Part shown: piece after piece, positions 49,613-61,840 of the stretch
Layout of the letters: the number at the start of each line of letters is the position of its first letter
Position numbering within the stretch: position 1 is the first letter of the stretch
NCBI GenBank assembly: GCA_002269645.1
Contig: NIVC01000650.1
Coordinates: 310,126 to 374,125, forward strand
Direction of reading: 5' to 3'
Length of the DNA: 64,000 bases
DNA from: Macrostomum lignano
Lineage: Eukaryota
The notes under the pieces: generated by a model
The model's input: only the letters and a program-made list of their open reading frames with translations
The model's database searches: none
What the model was told of the DNA's origin: nothing
Position numbers and translations under genes: made by a program

Positions 49613-50743
49613 TCACGCAGTGGCCGGTGTAGCAGACCTCTGCCCGTCCGGACGCTCTGTCCTATTGACACACGAAAGCAGTTCCACAACTGACTGCCGG
49701 AAGCTGCGACTTTGGTGCAGCATCACCAGGACATTGCAGGCCTGATTCGTTATTGCCAGAGCCTTGACCACGAACACCATCTCGAGTAGGATGGGCACGG
49801 ATTCCTGGGTTCTGTTCAGGAAGAACAGGCTCCATTCCATGGGCAGTGAAGGCAGATTCGACAGCAAAGTCACCGTTGACAGGACAAGAACAATCTTTGT
49901 AGCGCGCAGTCTCGTGGCGTCTTGCTTGAGGCGGTCGCTCAATCCGATACCGGTGGATAGAGCTTGGCTGCGTTCGCGTCTCACTCGAAACATGCCAATC
50001 AAAAGGTTTAAGTTGAACATCAGGATGAGCAGCAGCAGCAGTGTTGGCGGGCTGCAGGCCATGTTCCAGTAGAACTGCTCCGCAAAGCTGCCGTCCGATG
50101 GCACGCAGCCAACAAGCACGTGACCAGATCCGTCCGGGAATCGAGCCTGCTTGCTAAAGAGCATCTGCGGGCATGACAAAAGCAGGGCAAACAGTCCAGC
50201 GGTCAGCATTGTCTTGACCGCGAACTTTGGACCGAAGCGATGAAATCGGAATGGAGCAGCCATCGACAGGGCCCGATCCGCCACCATGGCCAGGAGAAGA
50301 GCGGCAGGTAGGACCTGGCCCATACCGGCAATAAAAAAGTGCAGCTTGCAGCCCCACAGCTGTTGATTGTACAGAATGAATCCGTATTTGCCTCCGCTCA
50401 GCCAGGGCAGGCCTTTGGGTAGGAAGAGCGCGATCAGTCCTAGGCCTGTCACGGTGGCAGCGTCGGCCAGAGCGATGCAGCCAAAGTAGGTGTTCTGCCT
50501 CGTGAGCGGCCTCTGGCGAATGAGCGTCACGTATCCAACCAGACCGTTGCCTAGGAGGCTAAACACCATCACAACAGGTAGGACGCAGCCATAGACTGCT
50601 CCAGCCAGTGTCGATGCGATGCAAGCAGCTCTCTTGTCAACCAGGCAATCTTTGAGCAGACCCATCAGGCTAAACATTTCGATCTCGATGTCATGATAGT
50701 TTTTAGTAGTTGATGATGTGCCATTTCCATTTTGTTGCTCCAT
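49613..50743 (-). CDS. Rhodopsin-like orphan GPCR, intronless, 376 aa (resembles flatworm-specific orphan receptors)
   Basis: Seven hydrophobic segments: TM1 GN, TM2 IALAD, LPKGLP segment, GCKL, DRA in place of DRY, TM6 SNLP, TM7 NQACN, helix 8 SFRQSV. N-glycosylation site NGT at the N-terminus. Confidence 0.92.
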   Translation of the reverse strand: MEQQNGNGTSSTTKNYHDIEIEMFSLMGLLKDCLVDKRAACIASTLAGAVYGCVLPVVMVFSLLGNGLVGYVTLIRQRPLTRQNTYFGCIALADAATVTGLGLIALFLPKGLPWLSGGKYGFILYNQQLWGCKLHFFIAGMGQVLPAALLLAMVADRALSMAAPFRFHRFGPKFAVKTMLTAGLFALLLSCPQMLFSKQARFPDGSGHVLVGCVPSDGSFAEQFYWNMACSPPTLLLLLILMFNLNLLIGMFRVRRERSQALSTGIGLSDRLKQDATRLRATKIVLVLSTVTLLSNLPSLPMEWSLFFLNRTQESVPILLEMVFVVKALAITNQACNVLVMLHQSRSFRQSVVELLSCVNRTERPDGQRSATPATA

Positions 50744-50839
50744 TATATTGTTGCTCGCATACGAGTGTAATACTACTTATAACTCACAACAATAAAAAAT
50801 TATGTACGCCGTCAGAGGTATTTAGTTAAAATAAATTGC

Positions 50840-50950
50840 AGCGTCACTGGGCCCAAACGAATCTCGGGAGGTGGCGGCGTCTCAGCAGCAGACAGTCGAT
50901 AAAACGCCGAATGCGTGCCTGTCCTCGCTGGTAAGTGTAGCTGCTGCCGA
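50840..50950 (-). mobile_element. Small older fragment of the same RTE LINE 3' region
   Basis: CAGCAG(A/G)CAGTCGA(T/C)(A/G)AAACGCCGAATGCG shared with 52365-52400. Confidence 0.6.
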
Positions 50951-51589
50951 AAACTCAACGATCGTCACTTTGATGGGCTATAGGCCGAGTTGTGTTGCCT
51001 TGCTGGGACTCTTACACGGATATTGTTGGATATTAGCTAATAACGCAATTTAACGGGTCGTTTTAGTATATGTGTATGGATTTTGAATTCTGAAGAAGTT
51101 ATTTATAGAAAATCGCGCGTTACATTAGTTTTAATTGACCTTTGTATTCCCATCGGCGTACAGTACATATATTAGGCAGTCAAGAACCTGTGGGTAACAA
51201 ATCTTCCGAGTTTCCTCAAACAAGCGCCAATCAAGAGCTGTTACAATAATTTAACACAAAAATCCCAAAACCAATAGCACAAGATTTAATGCATTCATTA
51301 TCAGCGTTTGAGATCGGCTCTGCTCAATAGTAGCCAAGCTATCAGAATTGAATCTCACACCTCAGAATAAAAGTTTTGTATACATACAGTACATGTACAT
51401 GTATTTTTGGTCAAAAAGCTATTGCAGAAGTACTGCAAATCCGCTTAAAGTTCGCTAAATTTTATCAGTTTTTTATTCATTCCTTAAAAATCGCATTTTA
51501 AGAAATGAAGAAAGAGAACAAGACCAATTTAATTCATTCCATAAGACTATTAACACATCTCATTTACGTCTATATTTACACGTCTTATA

Positions 51590-52181
51590 TACTGTCCGTC
51601 AAAAGTTCCGGAACCCTTGCTACGATGTCTTCTAGCGGACATAATTTCAGTCCGTTTCAATTGTAACTTGATTCAAATGAAAGCTGCGGATCTCAGCTCC
51701 ATGATGTGGTCAAGAAAAAGTTTATTCGAAGGAGCGCGTGTGCGAACAGGCCAGTGTTATGTACATAAAGGTTAGAGAAAAAAAGTGAGGAAAAGACAAA
51801 CAAGCAATTGTCTATGGTTGCTGAGTCTATGGAGCAAACACACATGGGAAGGAATCAGTTTGCGCGCAGTGTTCAGCCTGGCTAACATTAGTCTATGGCC
51901 AAAACTTGTGTTGAAATCAACAGGCTCTTATGGATTCTTGTGCAGTCAGCTTTCATGGGAGAGTCAATTGCTTGTTTGTCTTTTCCTCACTTTTTTCTCT
52001 AACCTTTATGTATTAACACTGGCCTGTTCACACGCGCTCCTTCGAATAAACTTTTTCTTGACCACATCATGGAGCTGAGATCCGCAGCTTTCATTTGAAT
52101 CAAGTTACAATTGAAACGGACTGAAATTATGTCCGCTAGAAGACATCGTAGCAAGGGTTCCGGAACTTTTGACGGACAGTA
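51590..52181. mobile_element. Tc1/mariner-type MITE (about 590 bp) with about 220-bp near-perfect TIRs and a TA target
   Basis: 51590-51810 is the reverse complement of 51965-52181. Ends TATA-CTGTCCGTC ... GACGGACAG-TATA. About 155-bp spacer. Confidence 0.9.
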
Positions 52182-52945
52182 TATATACTGACGGCGGCTA
52201 TATAGTGCTTAAAAGACCGAAGCTCAATTATAGCTAGCACAACACCAACAACAACAAAATACGTTGTCAGTCAGTCAGCAGACAACGTCACAGGGCACGT
52301 TTCAAGGCCTGGGCGCGAACTTAGGCAGCACCGCCGGTGCAGTGTCCGGGGCGCCGGCATCAACCAGCAGGCAGTCGACGAAACGCCGAATGCGGGCCTA
52401 CCCCCGACGGTAGGGTGCCTGCAGCGTCAGCAGCAGCAACTCCTGCACCGGCTGCGGGCAGTACGACTCGGCTCGGATGAATGGCCTGTCAGCTGGAGTC
52501 GCCGACGGCGCAACAGTTCGCTGGGACGAGACAGGCCGGTGCGGCGATCGAGTGCCACATTGGTGACTCGCTCGTAGCCGATCTTGAAGGTGGCACGCAG
52601 CAGGCCAACGTGCGCCGCATCGACCAGCTGTTCGAGCGAATCCGTCAGCGTCCAGGTCTCAGCGTTGTACAACAGGACGGTCTCGATTACCGCCTGGAAC
52701 AACGCCGCCCTCTGGTGGTCGGACAGCTGGCCTCGGACTGCAGAACAGCCTTCACGGAACGAAAGGCAGCCCAGGGAAGTCCACGACGAGGTTGCAACTA
52801 GGTCCTCGCGAACGTCAGACACCGGTACCGTCAAAACGGTAGACGAACTGTTGACAGCACGGAAGCTTCGTCACCTGCCCACTAGCGCCTCGGCAGAAAA
52901 TTGCAGCCTCGATGTCTTCCGGTACGCAGAGCACGATGGTCTTCT

Positions 52946-52994
52946 CAAGGACTACTTAAGTATACATGTATATACGTTACTTTAGTCGTCCTTG
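52946..52994. mobile_element. 49-bp mini-MITE, 7-bp TIR CAAGGAC, perfect 8-bp TSD GGTCTTCT
   Basis: The TSD at 52938-52945 and 52995-53002 is identical. Removing the insert restores LINE codons NTQKT-IVLCVP. Confidence 0.9.
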
Positions 52995-53333
52995 GGTCTT
53001 CTGCGTGTTGACCACCAGGCCGACGCTTGCAACAACGCTCACCAGCCAGCCCAGCTGGCGCTGGGCACCCGCGACGGTCGAAGATAGCATGGGCGAGATC
53101 GTCGTAGCCAAGCACGCTGAGCCGACTCTCCGATTGGCGTCGACCCAGGCATTTCTGCATGCAGCAGGAATTGCCGTCATCGTTAGAAGGGAGAGCAGCC
53201 CGCAGCACCCAGTCAAGCACCAGAACGATCGGAACGGCTCAAGCGTATCTCCTAAAGCACCCCAGAGGATGTCTCAAAGAAATCCGACAGGCCGTCCATA
53301 GCACAGAAGCTAGCGTTCGTACTATTATACAGC

Positions 53334-53383
53334 CAAGGACGACTGAAAGTAATCTATATATATCTACTTAAGTATAGTCCTTG
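53334..53383. mobile_element. 50-bp mini-MITE, second copy in the opposite orientation
   Basis: CAAGGAC...GTCCTTG; flanks TATACAGC / GATGCAGC (6/8). Removal restores VMALYNS in the LINE frame. Confidence 0.82.
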
Positions 53384-53699
53384 GATGCAGCGCCATGACA
53401 GCAGAAATCAGCTGCTCTGGCACGTTGTACGCACGAAGCACCTTGAGGAGCAGGGTCCTCACAAACAGTGGAAATTAAAGGCTTCCTAAGTCAAATATCA
53501 GCTGAGAGCAATCAGTATTATAAGCTCGACATGGTAGGTCCGCGCTTCCTCGCGGAATCGGCAAATATATTTACATAAATTATAAATACACTATTATTGC
53601 CCGATTATTGCACAAAATTTTAGTCGCTGTCTTCGATCAGCATTCCGTCTAACGACGCTACATGTATATATGCTGCAGTACATGTATGTTAAATGATAT

Positions 53700-56600
53700 C
53701 CCAGTGAAAAATGATTCATGGATTCCACGTGGGTTCCACGTGGCCATGTGGAATTTAAATGTTTCTTTAATTTTTGCAAATTAATGACTTAAAGATGACA
53801 TAATGGTATGCAAAGTATTTTTTATGCATTATTTTTTTATTTTTACTGTCCTAATGTTGATGTGGATTTTACAAGGAATTCATGAGAAATAAGCGTATAT
53901 TGATTCAACATGGAATCCACTTCGATAAAAAACTGTGATACACCTTATTTAGACGTTTTTATGAAATTACTAAAATTAATTATTATATTTATATGCTTTT
54001 AAGTAAAAATTATTATCTAAAAGCTAAATTATAATCGGAAAATAAGACACTGTTTGTTAAAATAGACAAAATAGAAGTTAACAATAAAAAACGTTTCGTA
54101 CGTTTTAAAATTAAATTAATTTTATTTTATATTCGTCAATGTCTTGGTCCAAGGCCTTGAAAGATAAAGTGCCTTGTTTATGGCTATTTAAGCACCTTAA
54201 AAATTTTAGTAGACCTAGCCTATAGGCAATAACTTACGAGTATAAGGCCATGGCCTCCATGGGATTAGAAATTAGATAAATCAGTATTTTATCATAGATA
54301 GGCCTAGTACTTTTGGTAAAATCCATGATAAATTTATTTAGGCCTAGGCCCTATCCAATTTCTAGGAATCCCATGGCCATGTCCATAGATTGGCTACTCA
54401 TTTTTTAACTTAAATAGGCCTTTAGAAGTTCATAATTTCCTCTTAGTCCTACCTATCTATTTATATGTATGCTTATTAGGCCTATTTTAAGCTAGGCCTA
54501 TAACTATCAATTTAGGTCCTTCTATTTTAATTAAGGTTGGGAGTTGGGACTAGCTTGACTTTGTGAATTGTGACTAGTCAATCTAGTTAATCTGTTAAAA
54601 ATCTATTAATTTATGATTTTCTTCAAAAAAGCCTATTAGCATCTTTTGGACTTGTTGCATTTTTAAAAACAGTATTATTAATTATAATAAATAATTCTGC
54701 ATTTACACTTGCAACTTGCTTTTGGCATAGCTAGCCTAGCAGATCCCTAAGGTTGCTATTATAAATAAATAATGATTATTGTAAATTTGATCTGATTTAG
54801 GCCAAGTCCAGAATTTAATAGCCATAGGCATAGGGCATAGCTATTTAGGCTTAGGCCTAATGTTAAATCATACTAGGCCAGCAAATATAAAAAAACATGC
54901 ATTGCTTTGCCTAAATACTTTATAGTTTAAAATCAATTTTAAAATAAAAAATTAAATTTATAGAAACATAGGAATATTAATTATTTTTGTATTTATTATT
55001 TTATTGGTTTATTGATTGACTTAGGTAGGGTTTTCTTTTTTGCTAGAGACAAAGTGCAAAATTATATCCTATGCTCACTTTCAGGGTGTTACAGGTGTGA
55101 TTAATTATTATATAATATTCCACCGATGTTACCAAGTTGTCGTAGGGGGGTTGGCTATAATTCTATACTTTTATTATATTAGCTTATTAGATTTGTTATG
55201 AGCCACTAAAATACGGTGTTATGGAGGTAAGATTATGGGCTTTCACGTAAGTACGGATTGCCCTGGTAGCGCGCAGTGCCCGAGCGGCAAGACACTGTTC
55301 AGCTAGGGGGAGAGGGGGGGTGACTAAGTCCTAAGCAGCGTCCTCCAATGGATCGAGGTTGCCCGGTGAATTTCAATTTCCTCTTACAGATTTGCTCTTG
55401 TCAGGTACGACTTTCTCATTGGTTGTTCAATTCGAATATTTCTATTGGGATATTTCTCCCTTTTTTATTGGCTGGCTACGCCTCTGCTCTTTGCAAGTAC
55501 GCAATTGGCTCTTAGACTATTCGTCTTTTACTCTTGGTAATTTCTACCTTCTGTCCAATGAGCATTCGCTCTTAGTTTTCTAGCAAATGAAGGAAGACTT
55601 TAGCAAAATTAGCTTATTCAATTTGTTAGGCAGATAGCCTTGAACCAAAAACGGTTGCCTCTCTGGGCGCTGAATTCACTTGTATTTATAGTAGAATTGG
55701 GGTGGGGGACCAGCTACATTTAAACAAAAAATTCTTTCCCTAGTTATGTTTCTATATCAACGCGAAAATTTAAATTGGGCCTACAGCACAGGGTTTTATG
55801 ATTTTAAGGCTTAGAATGCAATTTCTCTTTTTTCTTATATAAAGGCAGTGCAAATAAGGCTTCAACAGAAAAATAGGTAATGAAATTGCACCTAAACTGT
55901 ATCCACTTTTTAATTTCAATTTTCAAGGTGCAATTTTAAAATTTAAGGCGCATATGCACACTTTGCGCTTAAAAAAATAAACCTAGAACTTAAGCCTAGT
56001 TAATTTTAAAATAAACTTTATTAAGTATTCATCCTTAAATTAGTTTTATGAATTATATCAATATAATCTATCAATCTTAATTGGCAACAATTATTTTTCT
56101 ATTTCATTTCAGCCTAACATTACATGGCCCATCCTCAAACTTGGATGTCACCTTGGTCTTTCCTTTGAAGAAGCATGCAAAGCTACTTGGAATTTGAATA
56201 TAGTATCTAGAATGCTACCTTTTGTGAAGCAATGGTAAGTTTTAGTTAAAAACTGATTTTTTTCTGTTATCAAAATCTATTATAAGATCAAAATCTATCA
56301 AAATCTATTACAAAATCTATCATCAATCTGTTATAAAATTCTGTAATTTAACCCCTTTCTTTTCTAAGGTTTCTCACCTGACCTGAAGAAGCAGCATTCT
56401 GGCAATTGGCAGCAGCATGTTTCTGACTGTTCTAATTCTGGTGCATTATATTATTGTTAATCAATTAATGCTATTGACAATGTCAATTTCAAATTATATA
56501 TTATATCATATGCGCAGCGCAACTTTAAATATATCAATATCTATATCAGTGTGTTTATTCTTTGTGTGCCAGTGACTCACTACTGTATATAAATACACCT

Positions 56601-56958
56601 TACTTATTGAGACATCCTTTTTGAATATATTTTTGTGCAGAAATATTTTTTCGCTATAGCTAGTGTTTTTATCTGTGTTTCAGTTTCTTTTATATGGTAT
56701 TGAGATCTGGGGTTCATATGAAGTTTTGAGATCTGATATTATTTTGAGATTTAGGATGCAACAATTTATTATGGCAACCAGTATAATGGCTGTTTACTCA
56801 ATGACAATGTGGATTCTATGTGAAATACATAATTACTTCCATGTGGATCTTCCATGTGGAATCCATATCTCAATTCCACATGGATGGACGGAGACAAATG
56901 CACATATGGATTTCATATGAAAAATCCACATGGAATCCATATACTTTTTTTCACTGGG
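53700..56958. mobile_element. 3.26-kb non-autonomous TIR element, CACTA/EnSpm (CMC)-like
   Basis: Ends CCCAGTGAAAAA ... TTTTTTCACTGGG; 2-bp TSD AT/AT; subterminal CCATGTGGA/TCCACATGG repeats at both ends. No transposase ORF seen. Confidence 0.78.
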
Positions 56959-59119
56959 ATTTGAAACATTTTTTTGGATCTTAAAACATCTTTCCAGGCG
57001 CGAAAGAGCCTTCGATCACAGCTGTGGAATGTGCTGGCCGCCATGATTGCTAGCTTTGCAAGCTGCTGAAATTTTGTCAAAAATCATGCAAGCGCGCAAT
57101 TTCTGTGATACTATACATACCTGCAGTCTATACTACGAGCTAAATTAGCGGAACAGAATTGAAAAACGGAATATCGCTAATCCCTTAAGAGAAAAAATAG
57201 CGAATTCAAAGATATAATATATATATATCTTTATATACCTATATATATAGGTATATATATATGTTTCTTCTTATCGATCGCTCGCGCTCGATCGGATCAT
57301 CGATTCTCCAAATTTTATGTTCCCATGACCCAGTTCTCTCAACCTAATGCTACGATTGTCGTATTTTCACAGAGTCACAACGTTTTTTATATAACTCACG
57401 CACCGTGGCATGTTTTTACTGAAGTTTGCAACCGACTTGCAATAATCCAGATGGCCATGACTTCGAGTGACATGTACATTAGGCTTACGTAATCAAGGTC
57501 AAGTATGTGCAGTTAATAAGGAATAAACCTTATTCTTAAGTGTAAAAATGTTATTATATCCTCCTATTAAATCTTACCTAAGCCATTATCACTTTCTTGG
57601 CTACATACTAAAGAATATCCAACCATAAAATGTTTTAATGCTTTGTACTTTGACCAGGAGTTTAAATATTGGGGATTTGGGTTCGCAGATTTCTATTTTT
57701 TTTTTAACGAACTCGAAAATTCGTGATCGAGGGGGGATCAAGCTTGAATATTGAGCATTGAGCAGCTCGGAGTTCTGGAAATAGGACTCTAGCCAGTAAG
57801 CCTAGATTTTATACCAGAGCCGTAAAACAGATTTTTAAGCATATTCGGGTTTAGTAAGGATCCCCTGTCCTAGTTATTCATAAAAAAAACTTTTCAATGT
57901 TTCTAGATTAGGCCTAGTTTCAAGCAACACGCCTACAGTGCCTGCATGCTTGCTAGTCTTGCAGGGCTACTAAAAATTAGGGATTATATAAGATTAAATT
58001 ATAACATAGGCCTAAGTTCAGTCTTGCCTGAATTGCGATGGCTGGAAGACCTAACCCCATGCCAAATGAAAAGGCTGAAGATGGTTTAGAACTTTTTTTG
58101 AAGATGACAGAACTTTGTGGAAAGACTGTAAGCTTTATTGTTCCATGTAAGTAAATATCTGAAATTGCCTCAGTTCATTCTCCATAGTGGTTTCTCCATT
58201 TGTCTAAGTATTAAATATGTCATACTGCTCATGAATGTAGGGCCTAAGAATTTTTTTGCTTTGCTTGCTATATCAGTATATGCAGGCCTATATCTAAAAG
58301 ATACAATGCATGCCAAAATTTTTCTAGCATGCATTTAAAAACATCAGTGTTCACAATGACAATATGCATTTTAAAATAGGGGCCTATCAGCATGCATTGT
58401 ATATGTAACTAAAACTAAAAGTCAAATGAGATCCCAATCCCAATCCAAAATCCAAAATCAATTGTATTCTCGCGGGACCAGGATCCCAACCCTAAAAAAC
58501 ATAAGAATTGGGAACAGGTCTTTTTATCAAAAGTTTATAGAATTAGTGATTGTATTTTGTTTTAACTTGTATTCATTTACATTATTATTTTGTTTGTTAC
58601 AAAACTTTGCATTAATTTTGTTGTTTTACTTTTGATCTTGACATTTTTTGCTCAATTTTTGTTTAACTTTATATGGACTTACAAACTACAATATACTAAA
58701 AGACCTGATCCCAAATCCCAATCCCAATCCTAAGAAAAAATTATTCCCAATCCCAATCCTGCCTAAAGATTTCAATCCCATCCGACCTCTATATATAACT
58801 GAAAGGAAGTGTCATTCTCAGTGTATATGATTACTTTATAATATGCATTGTGGCATACTAGTACAAGGCATATATATAATAGATAGACATTTAAGTTATT
58901 AGCAATAATGTTTTTTACAATTAGAGGATAAATTATAAAAATAGTTTTTCTTAAGATAAAAAATTTATTTAATTGACAATATATCAATAGTTTATTAACA
59001 TGGAGGCTATATAGATAGTTTAGTTAAAATTAAAGCTCATATTATAAAAAATTAAAACTACAAAAAGGTCCTTTATTATTGCAATTATGATCAGTATTGA
59101 TGCCAACTTAATTGTAGAA

Positions 59120-59860
59120 ACAGATGCGGATACCAAACAGATTCGTATACTAAAATGTGGATACAGATGCAGATTACTATTTTGCGGAATCAGATGTAAA
59201 TAGCAGATGTAAAAAATCTCTAGATTTAGTCTTCTGTCAAAACATTGATTTATATTTTGCTTTATACCTAGTTTTATTTAATTTGTAGATAAATTTTTCT
59301 TACTTAAATTTATTGTGAATAATGACAGAAAATCATTGTCTCTATTAAAAAAAACAAATCACAATGAGGAAATCATCAAGAGATTTATATGTACTTTACA
59401 CAATTAGCACAGGTACATGAAAACAAGAAACTAGTCAATCTAGACTTGAACTATCTACTTGAAATATTTAGAATCCAAACTTAAACTTTACATACTTGTG
59501 GTCTTTGGAAGTACATGTTATATATGTACATTTTTCTATTATATCTAGCAACAAAAATAACTTCAAACCTAATCAAATTTCTTATTTACTACTATCAGTA
59601 GTGTATTTTGGAGCAGCTTTACTTTTGAAAACAGAGAAAATGATTTTCCATCATTATTTCATAATAAATTTAAAAGAGAACAATTTACCTACAAATAGGG
59701 CCTAAACAAAAACAGAAATAAAGCAGAATATAAATTCATGTTATAACAGAACTAAATCTGGAAATTTTCTGCAGCTTCTATTTATATCTGTATTGATTCT
59801 GCAAAAGTAATCTGTATCCATATTTGTATTTTAGCATACAAATCCATTCCATATCTGTAT
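59120..59860. mobile_element. Old degenerate inverted-repeat element
   Basis: GGATACAGATGCAGATTACTATTTTGCGGAATC (about 59158-59190) is loosely inverted at about 59790-59820. Termini unclear. Confidence 0.35.
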
Positions 59861-60026
59861 CTATTTCCCCAATTTAGTTTGTACCATCAGTATCAATGTT
59901 TATTTACTTTGCATCAGTGTGCATTGCTTTGAAGCATTTAAGAATATACTCAGTATGATTTAGACTATGGTATAGTATGCAAAAGGGTTAGATCAAAGTC
60001 TATAGACCATAGCATATGTGCCAATA

Positions 60027-60812
60027 GGCTCATTCCATATAAGATGGACATTTTTGGAAAATAGAAAAAAGTCAATATTTGTGCTTGCCATTGCCTTATC
60101 AGCCAATTTTTTACCAAATGTTTTTTATATGTAATATCTACAATCTAAGAATAAATGAATGATAAAATGTTAGATTAGTATGCTATCAAGTGGCAAAAAG
60201 TCATTTTTGTAAAAATTTAGACATTTTTTTAAGCAAAAGACATCATTAAGTTTGTGTACCTTTTAAAAACAAATAGAAAGCTTTGGAAGGTTGAAACAAA
60301 CTATAGATAAAAGTATAGTACTTGCATCATCAGATAAAAGTATTGGTGACCAAATAATCTATTATATTTTTAATATATTGGTACCTCAAAGTTACTGAAT
60401 TGACAGAAAAAAATATGTTACGACCATAATGTTACGACCATAAGGCTGCCTTTTCTTTTGTATCTTTGTTGCCTTTTTGAGTTTATATATTCTACAAAAA
60501 GAGTATGATTACTAAAGATGTTCTTAGTCAAATTTTAAAAAATGTATTGCAAAATATCAAAAATAAAAATGTTATAAGACTTTTACCTTTTAGTTTCTAT
60601 ATGTCAAAAATCCTGTTGTTACGACCATAAGTGCCATTCAAGGTTTAATAGCATCTATACTAATGATGATATCTACATGAAACTCTATAAAAATATTTTT
60701 GACAAAATTATCTTTCATTTAAAATATTGGTTTAGTATATTCTATTATTATATTTCATTTTATAAGTAAAAATAGCCTGTCATGTTATGACCATGCTTAT
60801 ATGGAATGAGCC
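60027..60812. mobile_element. 786-bp MITE with perfect 17-bp TIRs and a 4-bp TSD (AATA)
   Basis: GGCTCATTCCATATAAG ... CTTATATGGAATGAGCC; AATA on both flanks; internal TGTTACGACCATAA motif repeated. Confidence 0.82.
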
Positions 60813-61639
60813 AATAGACTAAAGGAGGGGGGCAAAAGGAGATAGTAATAAAATTGCATTCAGAATTGAAGAATGAAGAATGGAATGGCACTCAGAACGA
60901 AATGAAATTTTATTATCTAAAATAAATTTCTTACCATTAGACTTATGCCAGGCTTAGGCCACTGCATATTAGGTATAATAGACTAGGAGAAAGGAAAGGG
61001 TGACATAGGCAGTTTGTATAAAAATTTTGTTACTCAAAAAAGTTTAGTGTTTCCAGTTTTGTATATTTTAATTGTAAATTTATAAATATAAAAATTAATC
61101 AAAATATTGATATAAAAACAGAAGTTATTGCATTTTTAGCAAAGTTTCATTTTTTAGAGTTTTTAGCACCCGGTACAGGATAAAAGATAACACGCAAGAG
61201 GGAAAATTAGGGATTCCACCTTATGAGCTTTAATTTACATAATGTCAATGCTCAACAAGCTTCTTAGTTATCCAAAAAATTCTGGCATCTTGGTCAAAAA
61301 TAGCCATTATAGTGGCCTTTAGTTCTTTAAATTGCAGAAATTGTATAATTTTTTTACTTTGATGAAAGCTACCCTAAGACAAACTGTTCATAGTGAACAA
61401 TCAGAAAGTGCACTATAGCAAGCAATATAGGAAGGAATAGAAACACAAATTCTTTATTGTCTTGCAAGCAGTCTATAAAGTACTCGTATGTTGCAGCTAA
61501 GTGCTTTTAGAAACATGCAATTTCTGAATCCCAATTTCTCTTAGAGTTGCTAAGTCTAATGTTGCAACCCTCAAACTAATGATAAACTGCTGTTAAGACT
61601 GGCACATCCAATAGCCATTTGCAAATTGTTTTTGCATCA

Positions 61640-61840
61640 AACAAGAGGCTCAGCAATGGTATAGTGGAAATTTAGATCCCATCAACTTCTGGTTCTGCAT
61701 TAATGAGCTCAACTGATACCCACTGCTTGCAAAGCTTTCTATCAGTATACTTAGTGTACTATGTGGCAATGCAACTACGGATAGAGTATTCAGTTTGCTG
61801 TCCCCATCAAGAGGTGCAATTCAGGACTGGCATCCATGAA
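61640..61840 (+). pseudogene. hAT transposase C-terminal dimerisation-domain relic
   Basis: NLDPINFW...*YPLLAKLSISILSVLCGNATTDRVFS fits the DPLxFW...YPxLAxLA..ILS.PAT.A..ERxFS pattern, with an in-frame stop. Confidence 0.65.

Larger units (their letters stand above)
52200..53470 (-). mobile_element. 5'-truncated, decayed RTE-clade LINE (RT motifs 3-7 and thumb)
   Basis: LLKVLRAYNVPEQLISAVMALY...FETSSG...GDTL...LDWVLR; GYDDLA (decayed YADD); GLVVNTQKT; VLLYNAETWTLT...RRRRLQL.GH. Short CTGA/TTG tail near 52240-52280. Confidence 0.9.

Noticed and set aside
58430-58790. CCCAATCCCAAT repeats as a transposon end
   Set aside because: No matching inverted partner or TSD found in the window.
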